Assembly (NCBI GenBank): GCA_036494095.1
Contig: DASXOR010000075.1
Location: 1-52,484, forward strand
DNA from: Gaiellales bacterium
Lineage (GTDB): Bacteria > Actinomycetota > Thermoleophilia > Gaiellales > JAICJC01
Direction: 5' to 3'
DNA: 52,484 nucleotides
The notes under the pieces were generated by a model that made no database searches, was not told the origin of the DNA, and saw only the letters and a list, made by a program, of their open reading frames with translations. Both the position numbers and the translations under genes were made by a program. Of this stretch, positions 35,137 through 45,117 are shown piece by piece. How positions within the stretch are numbered: the first letter of the stretch is position 1; each line of letters begins with the position of its first letter.

Positions 35137-35577
35137 TCAGGGCCGGTAGGGCGACGGCCGGTCGACCCAGATGCGGCGCTCGGACTCCTCGATGCGGTAG
35201 TCGTTGATGCTCGCGTCGCGGCGGCGCATGTAGCCGAGCTCGTCGAACTCCCAGTGCTCGTTACCGTGGCTGCGCCACCACTGGCCCGACGGGTCATGGC
35301 TCTCGTACTCGAACCGCACCGAGATGCGGTCGCCGGCGAAGCACCAGAGCTCCTTGCGCAGCCGGTAGGAGATCTCCTGCGCCCACTTGCGGGTGAGGAA
35401 CTCGACGATGGCGTCGCGGCCCTGGAAGAATTCGTCACGGTTGCGCCAGGCGGAGTCGGGCGAGTAGGCCATCGCCACGCGCTGCGGGTCGCAGCTGTTC
35501 CAGGCGTCCTCGGCGGCCTGCACCTTCTTGCGCGCGGTCTCCTCGGTGAAGGGCGGAACCGGCGGGCGTGGGTCCAT
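35137..35577 (-). CDS. DUF1348-like NTF2-fold protein
   Basis: 146 aa. [41 protein letters not shown] matches my memory of the DUF1348 family (unverified). Confidence 0.75.
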   Translation of the reverse strand: MDPRPPVPPFTEETARKKVQAAEDAWNSCDPQRVAMAYSPDSAWRNRDEFFQGRDAIVEFLTRKWAQEISYRLRKELWCFAGDRISVRFEYESHDPSGQWWRSHGNEHWEFDELGYMRRRDASINDYRIEESERRIWVDRPSPYRP

Positions 35578-35629
35578 GGCAGGCCTTTCGATCGCAGGGC
35601 GATGTGTCGCTCAGCCTACCCCGGAGCCG

Positions 35630-36124
35630 TCAAGGGATGGTCGGGGGAGCCTTGCGGCTGCGCGCGGCGCTCTCGAGGATGGTGATGAGGTCGTGCAGCG
35701 GCTTCGTGGCGCCGCCGATCGCAAGGCCCGTGACGATCACGTCGGTGTAGCGGGGCGAGCCGTCGTCGCCGATCGCGTGCAGGATCCCGATCCCGAAGTA
35801 GCCGCACGCGACCATCGCCAGAGCGGACGCGAGGCCGAAGCACATCGCCACGCGCTCGTCGTGGCCGTGGCCGAGATCGAGGAAGCGGCTCACGGCCTCG
35901 AGGACGCGCTCGATCGCCTGGGCGAGCACGTAGAGCGCCGCGAACGCGGCCACCCCGGCTCCGGGCGGCGGGTTGCGGTAGTGCAGGAAGAGCAGGCCGA
36001 CGATCGCTCCCACGGCCGCGATCCCCAGCGCCACCAGCCAGACCCGCTCGGGTCGGGGCTCGGCCGGAGCGGTGACCTCGGTGGGCGCATCGCTTGCCCG
36101 GGCACGTCGAGGCGCGTTCGGCAT
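35630..36124 (-). CDS. Hypothetical membrane protein
   Basis: ATG 36124 (MPNAPRRARASD...). About four hydrophobic segments and high GC3. No named motif. Confidence 0.6.
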   Translation of the reverse strand: MPNAPRRARASDAPTEVTAPAEPRPERVWLVALGIAAVGAIVGLLFLHYRNPPPGAGVAAFAALYVLAQAIERVLEAVSRFLDLGHGHDERVAMCFGLASALAMVACGYFGIGILHAIGDDGSPRYTDVIVTGLAIGGATKPLHDLITILESAARSRKAPPTIP

Positions 36125-36186
36125 CCCGCCGTCGGTATAACAGCACCCTTGGTGCCGTGTCAAATGGCCGCGTATCATCGTGCCAG

Positions 36187-37683
36187 ATGACCGCGCCGAG
36201 ATCCGAGCAGCGCACGACCCGCGGCAAGGTGCTGCGGCGGGGCGCGGGCGGGCTCGCCGCGGGCGTCGTCGCGACCGCCTGGCGGCCGCCGGGCCGGGCC
36301 TCGGCCGCGGCCGGCTCGGGGCGGGTCGTCGTCGTCGGTGCGGGGGTCGCCGGCCTCACGTGCGCCCACCGGCTGCGCCAGCAGGGAATCGCGTGTGCCG
36401 TGTACGAGGCGTCGGGGCGGGTCGGCGGCCGCACGAAGACCCTGCGCGGCTACTTCGCCGACGGCCATACCGTCGAGCAGGGTGGCGAGGCCATCGACAC
36501 CGACCAGCACGCCGTCCGCCGGCTGGCCGCGGAGCTCGGCCTGCACCTCGACGACACCTTCGCCGACACGCCGTCGGGGCTGCGCTCCTACCGGTTCCAG
36601 TTCGCCGGCCACCGCTACCCCTACCACCGCGCCAGCCGCGATTTCGCCATCGTCTATCCCGCGCTCCAGCGCGACCTGCGCGCGTTTGCGGCCTCTCCAC
36701 GCGCCGCCCGCGAGCTGGACGAGATGTCGGTCGCCGACTGGCTCGACTCACGTATCCCCGGTGGCCGCGACTCGGAGCTCGGACGCCTGATCGGCGAGGC
36801 CTACTGCTCGGAGGACGGCGTGGACATCACCGCCGGGAGCGCCCTGGCCATGATCACGCAGCTCGGCGAGTCGGCCCGCCGTCCGCTCTCGCTCTACGGC
36901 GACTCGGACGAGCGGTTCAAGGTGCACGGCGGTGCCGACCAGATCGCGCATCGCCTGGCGGCCCGGCTCCCGGCCGGGACGATCGCCTACGAGACGCCGC
37001 TCGCCGGGCTGCGCAGAAACGCCGACCGGTCGTACACGTGCGCGTTCGCGCGCCCAGGCGGCCGCACGCTGGAGGTGCGCGCCGAGCGGGTGGTGCTGGC
37101 GCTGCCGTTCACGACGCTGCGCGACGTGGACTACGGCCGGGCCGGCTTCTCACGGGCCAAGGCCGCGGCTATCCAGCGCCTGGGCATGGGCACGAACGCC
37201 AAGCTGACCCTGCAGTTCGCCCGCAGGACGTGGCGGCGGGACGGCTACGACGGCTACATCGAGACCGACCGCATCCCCGGCGACACCTGGGACACGACCG
37301 TGAACCAGGCGGGGCGCGAGGGGATCCTCGTCGTCTACACGGGCGGGCGGCGGGGGGCGACCTACCCGACCACGCACGCTCACGGCCCCGCCCCGCCGGC
37401 GATCGCGCGCGAGACGGTCGCCCGGCTGGCCACGATCTACCCGCACCTGGAGCGCGACTTCACCGGCCGGGCGCACCTCGACGCGTGGGTGCACAACCCG
37501 TGGTCACGCGGCTCCTACGCCGCCTTCCTCGTGGGCCAGTACACCCGGTTTCCCGGCCACGTGCGCGCGGGGCGCGAGGGCGGGGTGCACTTCGCCGGCG
37601 AGCACACCGACACCGATCAGCAGGGCTACATCGACGGCGCGGTGCGAAGCGGCGAGCGCGTCGCCCGCGAGCTGCTCGCGTAG
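36187..37683 (+). CDS. FAD-dependent amine oxidase with twin-arginine-like signal
   Basis: ATG 36187. N-terminal [19 protein letters not shown] (Tat-like). FAD motif [17 protein letters not shown]...[11 protein letters not shown]-terminal FAGEHT is typical of flavin amine oxidases. Confidence 0.85.
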   Translation: MTAPRSEQRTTRGKVLRRGAGGLAAGVVATAWRPPGRASAAAGSGRVVVVGAGVAGLTCAHRLRQQGIACAVYEASGRVGGRTKTLRGYFADGHTVEQGGEAIDTDQHAVRRLAAELGLHLDDTFADTPSGLRSYRFQFAGHRYPYHRASRDFAIVYPALQRDLRAFAASPRAARELDEMSVADWLDSRIPGGRDSELGRLIGEAYCSEDGVDITAGSALAMITQLGESARRPLSLYGDSDERFKVHGGADQIAHRLAARLPAGTIAYETPLAGLRRNADRSYTCAFARPGGRTLEVRAERVVLALPFTTLRDVDYGRAGFSRAKAAAIQRLGMGTNAKLTLQFARRTWRRDGYDGYIETDRIPGDTWDTTVNQAGREGILVVYTGGRRGATYPTTHAHGPAPPAIARETVARLATIYPHLERDFTGRAHLDAWVHNPWSRGSYAAFLVGQYTRFPGHVRAGREGGVHFAGEHTDTDQQGYIDGAVRSGERVARELLA

Positions 37684-37684
37684 A

Positions 37685-39160
37685 TCAGCCTGCGGGCTGG
37701 ACGACGGCTGCGGAGAGGTCGGCGTCGTCGCGGTCATCGGCCGCCGCAGAGACCGGGAACGTGAACGTGAAGGTCGCTCCCTCCCCCGGAGCCGTGCGGA
37801 TGTCAAGCGTCCCGCCGGCGACGCTGACGCGCTCGCGCATCGACTCGAGGCCCAGGTGCAGCCGCATGCGGTCGCGGTCGAGCGCCCCTTCGAGGTCGAA
37901 CCCGATCCCGTCGTCCGAGATCCGGCAGACGATATCGCCGCCGTCCTGGGAGAGGTGGACGGTCACCGTCTGGGCCCGCGCATGCTTGCGGACGTTGGCG
38001 ATCGCCTCCTGCAGCACGCGGTAGCACAGGTTCTCGAGCGGCCGCGGATAGCGGGTGACATGTGCGGTGAGCTCGAACTCGAACCCGGAGTCGGCCGCGG
38101 CGTCTTCGAGCAGCGCCTGGGCTGCGGCGCCGAGGCCGCGCTCGGTGAGCACCTGCGGGCGCAGCTGGAACATCAGGTGGCGGGCCCGTTCCGTGGCCTC
38201 CTGGATCGTCTCCTTGGCCGAGACGACGGCGCTGCGAGTGCGCTCGACGTCGCCGCCGGCGATCGCCCGGTCGAGCCGCTCGAGCGAGATCTGCGCCGCC
38301 ACCATCACCTGGATCGTGTCGTCGTGCAGGTCGCTCGCGAGCTGGGCCTTCGCGTCCTCCTCTGCCCGCAGCAGGGCGCCAAGGACGTACCTGCGCCGCT
38401 CCTCGCCGTGCTCGATCTCGAGGAGCCGCGCGGCCCGCTCGTACGCGACGCCGATCTGGCTGCCGATCTCGGCGATCACGGCGAGCAGCGGATGGTCGAT
38501 GTGGGTGAGGTCGCTCGTGAAGCACTCGACGATGCCGGTGACCTTGCCGCCCTGCACGATGGGCACGAAGACGGCGCCGTCGAACCCGACGCTCTCGAGC
38601 AACTCCTGGCGGCGGAACCCGCCCCGGGCGATCACCGCGACCCGCGGCACGCCGCGCGCCCACGCGTCGCCGAGGACGCCCTGCCCACGCTCGAACTCGA
38701 CCCGCTCGGAGTCGGCCCGAAAGGCATTGGCGTCGACGGACGCCGCGGCCCAAAGGTCGACGAACCGCAGCCGCTGGTCGTGATCGTCGGCCCGCCAGGC
38801 CACGGCCAGGCCCAGGTCGAGGGTCTCGCCCAGCGCGCGCAGCATCGCCCGCGTGGTCTCCTCGAGCGTCGCGGCCTCGGCCAGGGCGTGGGCCACCTTC
38901 GACTGCATCCGCACCAGCGTCTGCGCCCGCTCGCGCTGGTCGAGCATGCGTATGCCGGCCGCGCCCGCCACGCCGAGGGCCACGATCACGCCGGCGCTCC
39001 AGACCGCCGCCTCGACCCAGTACGCCCGGCTCACACTCTGAGATGCGCCGATCGCGATCGCCGCAATCGCGGCAAGCGAGAGCGCGGCCATGCCGACAGC
39101 GACCTCGGTCGCACGTCGCTGGCTGGGCCCCGTCCGCGGCCCGGTGACGGCAGGCATCAA
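37685..39160 (-). CDS. GAF-domain sensor histidine kinase (HisKA_3/NarL-type), orphan
   Basis: Two N-terminal TM segments and a GAF-like region. H-box [12 protein letters not shown]-box [12 protein letters not shown], and G-region DDGIGF...GLESMRERV. No response regulator adjacent. Confidence 0.88.
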   Translation of the reverse strand: MMPAVTGPRTGPSQRRATEVAVGMAALSLAAIAAIAIGASQSVSRAYWVEAAVWSAGVIVALGVAGAAGIRMLDQRERAQTLVRMQSKVAHALAEAATLEETTRAMLRALGETLDLGLAVAWRADDHDQRLRFVDLWAAASVDANAFRADSERVEFERGQGVLGDAWARGVPRVAVIARGGFRRQELLESVGFDGAVFVPIVQGGKVTGIVECFTSDLTHIDHPLLAVIAEIGSQIGVAYERAARLLEIEHGEERRRYVLGALLRAEEDAKAQLASDLHDDTIQVMVAAQISLERLDRAIAGGDVERTRSAVVSAKETIQEATERARHLMFQLRPQVLTERGLGAAAQALLEDAAADSGFEFELTAHVTRYPRPLENLCYRVLQEAIANVRKHARAQTVTVHLSQDGGDIVCRISDDGIGFDLEGALDRDRMRLHLGLESMRERVSVAGGTLDIRTAPGEGATFTFTFPVSAAADDRDDADLSAAVVQPAG

Positions 39161-39259
39161 CGACCCAGGCTACACGCCGTGCCGGTGACCTGCAAACGCC
39201 CCGCTGGCTGCGGCGACGTGGATTTGACGGCGTCCGCGCCCGCGGGTACGGTCGGTCCG

Positions 39260-40048
39260 ATGCAGCTGCGACGACTGGGATCCGGCGGCCCCGAGCTGCC
39301 CGTCGTCGGGCTCGGGACCTGGCAGGTGTTCGACGTCCCCGCCTCCGGCGCCGCCGCCGCGAGCGCCGTTGTCGACGCCTTGTTCCTGTCCGGGGGGACG
39401 CTGGTCGACTCCTCGCCGATGTACGGGCGCTCCCAGGCGGTGCTCGCCCGGGCGCTCGGCCCGCGCCGGCCGGAGGCGGTCGTCGCGACGAAGATCTGGA
39501 CGCCCTCGCTCGCCACCGGCCGCGCTCAGTACGCCGAGCAGCGCGAGCTCTACGGCGGGACGATCGACATCGAGCAGGTACACAACCTGGTGGCCTGGAG
39601 GGAGCACCTCGACTGGATGGAGCACGAGCGCGATGCGGGCCGGATCCGCCTGCTCGGCGCGACCCACTACAGCCCGTCGGCGTTCGCCGAGCTCGAGACC
39701 GTGATGCGCACCGGCCGCATCGACTGCATCCAGGTGCCGTACAACCCGCGCGAGCGCGAGGTCGAGCGCCGCATCCTGCCGCTGGCGGAGGAGCTCGGGC
39801 TGGGGGTGCTCGCCATGCGCCCCCTCGGGGAGGGGGCGCTCGTGCGCCGCTCGCCCGACCTCGCCGGCCTCCCGGCCGCCACCTGGGCCGAGGCCCTGAT
39901 CGCGTGGTGCCTGTCGGATCCCCGCATCACCGCCGCCATCCCGGCCACGTCGAGCCCGGTGCACGTGGCCGAGAACGCCCGGGCCGGACGGGGCGCCTGG
40001 CTCGACCCGGACGCGCGCCGGCGGGTGGCGGAGCTGGCGCTCGCGTAG
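39260..40048 (+). CDS. Aldo/keto reductase
   Basis: ATG 39260 ([21 protein letters not shown]...DSSPMYG...). 262 aa. The long track ORF from 37856 is antisense shadow over the kinase gene. Confidence 0.85.
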   Translation: MQLRRLGSGGPELPVVGLGTWQVFDVPASGAAAASAVVDALFLSGGTLVDSSPMYGRSQAVLARALGPRRPEAVVATKIWTPSLATGRAQYAEQRELYGGTIDIEQVHNLVAWREHLDWMEHERDAGRIRLLGATHYSPSAFAELETVMRTGRIDCIQVPYNPREREVERRILPLAEELGLGVLAMRPLGEGALVRRSPDLAGLPAATWAEALIAWCLSDPRITAAIPATSSPVHVAENARAGRGAWLDPDARRRVAELALA

Positions 40049-40149
40049 CCGGATCAGGTGGCGGCCGATCGCCGCGGAGGTGCTAAGCTTGCGTGCGCAA
40101 GGATTACGCCGGGAGGGCGTCTTCCGAAGCCGACCACCGGGAGGGGCCT

Positions 40150-41097
40150 ATGCCGGGTCAGATCGCAACCACGCTCTACACCGATCCCGCCTGTCCGTGG
40201 GCGTACTCCGAGATCCCCGCCCTGCGGGTGGTCGACTGGCGCTACGGCGCCCAGCTCGACTGGCGGCTCGTGATGATCGGCCTCACCGAGAGCGCCCAGC
40301 AGTACGTCGACCGTGGCTACACGCCCCTGGGGTCAGCCCGCAGCCACGCCGGCTTCCGCCGCTACGGGATGCCGTTTTCGCCGCGGCCGAAGGCGCGCAT
40401 CGCGGCCACGGCCAGGGCCTGCCGCGCGGTCGAGGCCGCCCGGCTGCTGCAGCCCGGCAGCGAGTGGGCGGCGCTGCGGGCGCTGCAGCTCTGCCAGTTC
40501 TCTACGGCCCTCGTGCTCGACGACGATGCCGCTGTGGCCGGCGTCGTGGCGGCGGCGACGGGCCTCGACGCCGACGTTGTGGGCGAGCAGCTCGACGCCG
40601 ACGAGACGACGGCCGCGTACGAGCGCGACCGGGCCGAGACGCGCACCGCCGCGGGCAGCGCCGCCGAGCTGCAGGGCAAGACGGCCGCCACGGACGGCGC
40701 GGTGCGCTTCACGGCGTCGTCGGTCGCATTCGAGCGCGAAGGCCTGCGCCTCGTGGCCGGGGGCTACCAGCCGGCTGCGGTGTACGACGTGCTGATCGCG
40801 AACCTCGACCCCGGGCTCACCCGGCGGCCGGCTCCGGACGACCCCGCCGAGCTCATCGCCGCGTATCCGGACGGTCTGACGACGCAGGAGATCGCCGAGC
40901 TGCTCGTCGTGGGCAACGACGCCCCCGACCGGGCGGCGGCCGAGCACGCGATGCTCGCGCTGCACTTCGAGGGCCGGGCCGAGCGCGTCGCCCTCGGCGA
41001 CGACGCTGTGTGGGTCGCTCCGGAACGGGCGAACTGGTGGCGGGGCGTCGTGCGGGCGGCCGACTCCGCGCAGATCGCGACGGCCGTCGGCGCATGA
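40150..41097 (+). CDS. DsbA-like thioredoxin-fold protein with C-terminal extension
   Basis: ATG 40150 with a GGGAGGGG SD. YTDPACPWAYS (CxxA/CPW motif at the usual position in the DsbA / 2-hydroxychromene-2-carboxylate isomerase fold). C-terminal extension of about 100 aa of unknown function. Confidence 0.72.
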   Translation: MPGQIATTLYTDPACPWAYSEIPALRVVDWRYGAQLDWRLVMIGLTESAQQYVDRGYTPLGSARSHAGFRRYGMPFSPRPKARIAATARACRAVEAARLLQPGSEWAALRALQLCQFSTALVLDDDAAVAGVVAAATGLDADVVGEQLDADETTAAYERDRAETRTAAGSAAELQGKTAATDGAVRFTASSVAFEREGLRLVAGGYQPAAVYDVLIANLDPGLTRRPAPDDPAELIAAYPDGLTTQEIAELLVVGNDAPDRAAAEHAMLALHFEGRAERVALGDDAVWVAPERANWWRGVVRAADSAQIATAVGA

Positions 41098-41735
41098 GCG
41101 CGGTCCTGCCGGACCCGGGCGCGCCGAACGCCGACTTCGAGCGGCCGGCCGACCGCGGCCGGCTCGAGCGGACGGTCGCGGCGCTTCAGGCGCGCGGCTT
41201 CCGGGCCGAGATCGCCGCCGACGGCGCGGACGCCCGCCGGCGGGTGCTCGATGCGCTCCCGGAGGGGGCCGAGGTGCACATGGCCCTATCGGAGACCCTG
41301 CGCGAGCTCGGCCTCACCGCCGCGATCGACGAGTCCGGCCGCTACGACTCGGTACGGGTGAGGCTGAACGCCCTCGACCGGGAGACGCAGGCCCGCGACC
41401 GGCGCAAGCTCGGGGCGGCCCCGGACCACATCGTCGGCAGCGCCCACGCGATCACCGATGACGGCACCGTCGTCGTCGGATCCGGCTCGGGCAGCCAGTT
41501 GGGCGCCTACGCGTATGCGGCCGGGAGCGTCATCCTGGTCGTCGGCCACCACAAGCTCGTGCGCGACGAGGAGGAGGCCATGCGCCGGATCCGCCAGTAC
41601 TCGCTGCCGCGCGAGTTCCGGCGGATGCAGGACGTGGGCTACGCCGGCAGCCTGCTCGCCAAGATCCTCGTGATCCATCAGGAGCCGCGCGGCCGCATCC
41701 GGGTCATCCTGGTTCCCGAGACGCTCGGGTTCTGA
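41094..41735 (+). CDS. LUD-domain (lactate-utilisation LutC-like) protein
   Basis: ATGA overlap (41094-41097). 213 aa. Assigned from overall resemblance to LUD/DUF162 proteins (…VGSAHAITDDGTVVVGSGSGSQL…ILVVGHHKLV…); moderate certainty. Confidence 0.65.
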   Translation: MSAVLPDPGAPNADFERPADRGRLERTVAALQARGFRAEIAADGADARRRVLDALPEGAEVHMALSETLRELGLTAAIDESGRYDSVRVRLNALDRETQARDRRKLGAAPDHIVGSAHAITDDGTVVVGSGSGSQLGAYAYAAGSVILVVGHHKLVRDEEEAMRRIRQYSLPREFRRMQDVGYAGSLLAKILVIHQEPRGRIRVILVPETLGF

Positions 41736-41767
41736 CCGGCCGCAGCGGGATTGCCGCGGCCGCCGGT

Positions 41768-41953
41768 GTGGCGTACGCTCGCGGTATCGGCTCGCGATTC
41801 ATGATCGGGTGCATGGCGTTCTGGGTGGCATTCCCGGCGGTGGCCGCGCGCGGCCCGGCTGTCCTCGTCCCGATCGCCTTCGTCTTCTTCGGGTGGGCCG
41901 CGCTCGCCGCCTGCCTCGATCCCGACGGCTTCCGAGTCCGAGCCCGCCGCTAG
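41768..41953 (+). CDS. Small putative membrane protein
   Basis: 61 aa with two hydrophobic stretches and high GC3. The start is uncertain (GTG 41768 or ATG 41801). Confidence 0.4.
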   Translation: MAYARGIGSRFMIGCMAFWVAFPAVAARGPAVLVPIAFVFFGWAALAACLDPDGFRVRARR

Positions 41954-41960
41954 CGTTGCC

Positions 41961-42719
41961 CTACCAGGGACCGGCGCCGAGCTCACGCGAGACGGCGCGG
42001 GCGGCCTCGCGGACACGGCCGATCAGGGCAGGGCGGGGCTGGCGGCGCGCATACAGCCGCTCGACCGGGCCGACGATCCCGATCGCGCCCGCCGCGGCGC
42101 CGGCGCGGTCGAACACCGGGCTCGCGATCGACGCCTCGCCGATGATCGCCTCCTCGCGCTCGGCCGCCCAGCCCTTCTCGCGCACCCCCTCGAGCATCTT
42201 GCGCACCGCCGCGGGGCTGACCACGGTCGCATGCGTCAGCCGGGGGACGCCGCCGGCGAGCAGGTCGTCGGCGACGTGCTGGTGGTGGGCCATCAGCGCC
42301 TTACCGAGCGCGGTCGCGTGCAGCGGCAGGTGCGCCCCCACCTCGGGGATCTGGAGGCTGTTGTCCATCCGGAACACGTGGTGGACGACGATCACGCCGT
42401 CGCCGTGGAGCGCGCCGACGCGCACCGCCTCGCCGCTGCCGGACGCCAGCCGGTCGGACCACGCGATCGACCGGGCGCGCAGCTCGTTCACGTCCAGATA
42501 GCTGTTTGCCAGTTGCAGCAGGGCGGCGCCGAGCTGATACTTGCCGGTCTCGGGGTCCTGCTCGACCAGGCCCTCGGACTGGAGGGTCCGCAGCAGGCCG
42601 TGGGTTGTCCCCTTCGCCAGCCCCAGCCGGTCGGACAGGTCGGACACCCCCAGCCGGCGGGGTCCGCTCGCCAGCGCGCGGAGGATCGCTGATGCTCGTT
42701 CGATGGACTGGATTCCCAT
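41961..42719 (-). CDS. IclR-family transcriptional regulator (GylR-like candidate regulator of the dha/glp genes)
   Basis: N-terminal wHTH (IERASAILRALASGPRRLGVSDLSDRLGLAKGTTHGLLRTLQSEGLVE) and a C-terminal IclR effector domain. Divergent from dhaM. Confidence 0.9.
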   Translation of the reverse strand: MGIQSIERASAILRALASGPRRLGVSDLSDRLGLAKGTTHGLLRTLQSEGLVEQDPETGKYQLGAALLQLANSYLDVNELRARSIAWSDRLASGSGEAVRVGALHGDGVIVVHHVFRMDNSLQIPEVGAHLPLHATALGKALMAHHQHVADDLLAGGVPRLTHATVVSPAAVRKMLEGVREKGWAAEREEAIIGEASIASPVFDRAGAAAGAIGIVGPVERLYARRQPRPALIGRVREAARAVSRELGAGPW

Positions 42720-42738
42720 TGACCTCTATGTGCCGCTC

Positions 42739-42767
42739 TTGCCGAACCCGGTTCGGCAATGTAGGAT
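42739..42767 (+). promoter_or_regulatory. dhaM promoter candidate with overlapping perfect palindromic operator
   Basis: TTGCCGAAC-ccg-GTTCGGCAA (42739-42759) overlaps a -35-like TTGCCG (42739-42744). A 17-nt spacer follows, then a -10-like TAGGAT (42762-42767). Confidence 0.6.
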
Positions 42768-42794
42768 CGGCCGTTGTATGAATGGAGACGAGCG

Positions 42795-43184
42795 GTGATC
42801 GGGATTGTATTGGTGTCCCACTCCTCGGCGCTCGCGGAAGGGCTTGCAGACCTGGTATTGCAGGTCAGCGGCGAAGACGTCCGCATCCTGCCCGCCGGTG
42901 GCACGAGGGACGGTGGGATCGGCACAGATCCCGACCGGATCGCCGCGGCGATCCGCCAGGCGGACTCCGGCGAAGGCGTCCTGGTGCTGGTAGATATTGG
43001 CAGCGCCGTGCTCGCGGTGCGCGCGATCATGGCCGGGGGCGACGTGGACGGGGTCGACGTGCGCCTCGCCGATGCCCCGCTCGTCGAGGGGGCGGTGGCC
43101 GCCGCGGTGCTGGCCTCGACCGGCGCCGACCTGCAGACGGCCGCGGCCGCGGCCGAGGAGGCGCGCGATGTCGGCAAGCTCTGA
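42795..43184 (+). CDS. dhaM: PTS-dependent dihydroxyacetone kinase phosphotransferase subunit, EIIA(Man)-type domain only
   Basis: GTG 42795 with a GGAG SD. VIGIVLVSHSSALAEGL is the PTS EIIA type-4 N-terminus with the phospho-His. 129 aa. Confidence 0.85.
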   Translation: MIGIVLVSHSSALAEGLADLVLQVSGEDVRILPAGGTRDGGIGTDPDRIAAAIRQADSGEGVLVLVDIGSAVLAVRAIMAGGDVDGVDVRLADAPLVEGAVAAAVLASTGADLQTAAAAAEEARDVGKL

Positions 43185-43440
43185 GCACCGCCGCACCGTC
43201 GTGCTCCCGGCCGGCGTACCGCTGCACGCCCGGCCGGCCGGCAGCCTCGTGCGCACGGCCGCCGGACTCGACGCGACGGTCACCCTGAGCGCGAACGGCA
43301 AGACGGCCAACGCCGCCAGCATCCTGCAGGTGCTCGGGCTCGGGGCCGAGGGCGGCTCGAGCGTCGAGGTCGTGACGGCCGGGCCGGGCGCCTCAGACGC
43401 GCTCGACGTCATCGCCGGACTCCTCGAGACGCTCGAGTAA
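43168..43440 (+). CDS. ptsH: HPr-family phosphocarrier protein
   Basis: ATG 43168 overlaps dhaM by 17 nt. GVPLHARPAG contains the active-site His. 90 aa. Confidence 0.88.
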   Translation: MSASSEHRRTVVLPAGVPLHARPAGSLVRTAAGLDATVTLSANGKTANAASILQVLGLGAEGGSSVEVVTAGPGASDALDVIAGLLETLE

Positions 43441-45117
43441 CGCGGCGTCCAGGGCTCCGCGGGCGGCCGCGGCGACGCCGCCGGGCGTCCTCGCCGTGAG
43501 CGCCTCGACGAGCGCGGCCTTCGCGCGTTGCGTCGAGAGGCTGCGCACGTAGCGGCGGGTCTGGGCGATCCGCGCCGGCGAGACGCTGAGCTCGTCGACG
43601 CCGAGCGCCACCAGCAGGGGCAGGAGCTCCGGATCGCCGCCGGCCTCGCCGCACACGTCGACGAGGATCCCGGCCGAATGGGCGGCGGCGATCGTCCGCG
43701 CGATCAGGCGGAGCACCGCGGGGTGGTAGGCGACTGTGCCGGCGATGCCGGGGTTCTGGCGGTCGGCCGCGAGGGTGTACTGGGTGAGGTCGTTCGTGCC
43801 GATCGAGAGGAAGTCGCAGTGCGAGGCGAGCGTGCGTGCCATGAGCGCGGCGGCCGGCACCTCGATCATCGCGCCGACGAGCGGGTCGGGCGTGCCCGGC
43901 GCGACGGCGTCGCGGGCGGCGAGTGCGATCGTGCGCACGGCGTCGATCTCGGCGGTATCCGTCACCATCGGCACCAGCACCCGCACGACGGCGTCCCCGG
44001 CGACCCGGAAGAGCGCGCGCAGCTGGGGCGCGACGCCGTCGTCGGCCGCGAGCGCGAGCCGGATCCCGCGTGGCCCGAGCGGGCCCCCGGCCGCCTGCTC
44101 GGTCAAGAACGGCGGCGTCTTGTCGCCGCCGAAGTCGAGCGTCCGCACGGTGGCGATGCGGTGGCCGAGCGGCTCCAGCATGGCCCGCAGCACGCTCGCG
44201 TGCTGCTCCTCGGTCGGCCACGCGTCCGCTTCGAGGAAGGCGAGCTCGCTGCGCAGGAGGCCGATCCCCTCCGCGCCGGCGTCGAGCGCGGCCATCACCT
44301 CGGGCGCGGTGCCGGCGTTCGCGAGCAGGCGGATGGTGCGGCCGTCGGCGGTGCGCGCCGGCCGGCGCCGCTCGCGGCGGTCGCGGTCGGCCTGCTCGGC
44401 CAGGCGCTCGGCCCGGTCGCGCAGTCGCGACCGGGTGGAGGGGTCGGGCGCGATCCACACCATGCCCCGGTCGGCATCGACGCCGATCTCGGTGCCGAGC
44501 ACCGCCGCGAGCACGCCCGCGCCGACGCCGGTGACGAGCGGGATGCCGAGCGAGCGGGCGACGATCGCGGCGTGGGCGGTGGTGCCGCCCCCCGCGAGCA
44601 CGATCGCCGCGAGCTTTCCGCTCCACGCCGCCACCTCGCCGGGCCCGAGGTCGTCGGCGATCGCGACGGCGCCGGGCGGCGGCTCGCTCGAGCTGCCCGT
44701 GCTGAGATCCCCCGCCCGGCGCGCGATCGCATGCAGGTCGGCCGCCCGGGCGGCGAGCAGCGGATCGTCGAGCTGCGCCAGCGCCTGAGCGTGTGGCTCG
44801 ATCGCCCGCGCGATCGCGTCGGGCGCCGTCGCGCCGAGCAGAGCCTCGTTCACCGCCGCCTCGACCAGGGTCGGGTCCTGCGCCATGAGCTGATTTGCCT
44901 CGACGATCTCGGCGTCGCCGGCATGCCCCTCGCGCGTCAGCGTACGCGCCAGCTCGCCCAGCTCGTCGGCGGCCAGCTCGAGCCCGCGGCGGGCGCGCTC
45001 GGCCTCGGCCTCGGGCGGGCCAGGGCCGGCCGCGGGCACCGTCTCGGCCCGGGTCCATGCGGGGCCGATCGCGGCACCCGGTGAGGCCGGGGTGCCGCGC
45101 ACCACCTGCGGAGTCAC
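43393..45117 (-). CDS. ptsI: Phosphoenolpyruvate-protein phosphotransferase (PTS enzyme I)
   Basis: GTG 45117 overlaps the dhaL stop (GTGA). Phospho-His region GGTTAHAAIVARSLGIP and the PEP-utilising IGTNDLTQY. 574 aa. Its 3' end overlaps convergent ptsH by 48 nt. Confidence 0.9.
   Translation of the reverse strand: MTPQVVRGTPASPGAAIGPAWTRAETVPAAGPGPPEAEAERARRGLELAADELGELARTLTREGHAGDAEIVEANQLMAQDPTLVEAAVNEALLGATAPDAIARAIEPHAQALAQLDDPLLAARAADLHAIARRAGDLSTGSSSEPPPGAVAIADDLGPGEVAAWSGKLAAIVLAGGGTTAHAAIVARSLGIPLVTGVGAGVLAAVLGTEIGVDADRGMVWIAPDPSTRSRLRDRAERLAEQADRDRRERRRPARTADGRTIRLLANAGTAPEVMAALDAGAEGIGLLRSELAFLEADAWPTEEQHASVLRAMLEPLGHRIATVRTLDFGGDKTPPFLTEQAAGGPLGPRGIRLALAADDGVAPQLRALFRVAGDAVVRVLVPMVTDTAEIDAVRTIALAARDAVAPGTPDPLVGAMIEVPAAALMARTLASHCDFLSIGTNDLTQYTLAADRQNPGIAGTVAYHPAVLRLIARTIAAAHSAGILVDVCGEAGGDPELLPLLVALGVDELSVSPARIAQTRRYVRSLSTQRAKAALVEALTARTPGGVAAAARGALDAALLERLEESGDDVERV

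Noticed and set aside
32443-35685. A 1080-aa plus-strand ORF spanning the DipZ-like, phosphatase and DUF1348-like genes.
   Set aside because: It crosses several well-supported genes on both strands, and its translation is Arg/Ala/Gly/Pro-rich with no domain signatures. It is a shadow ORF.
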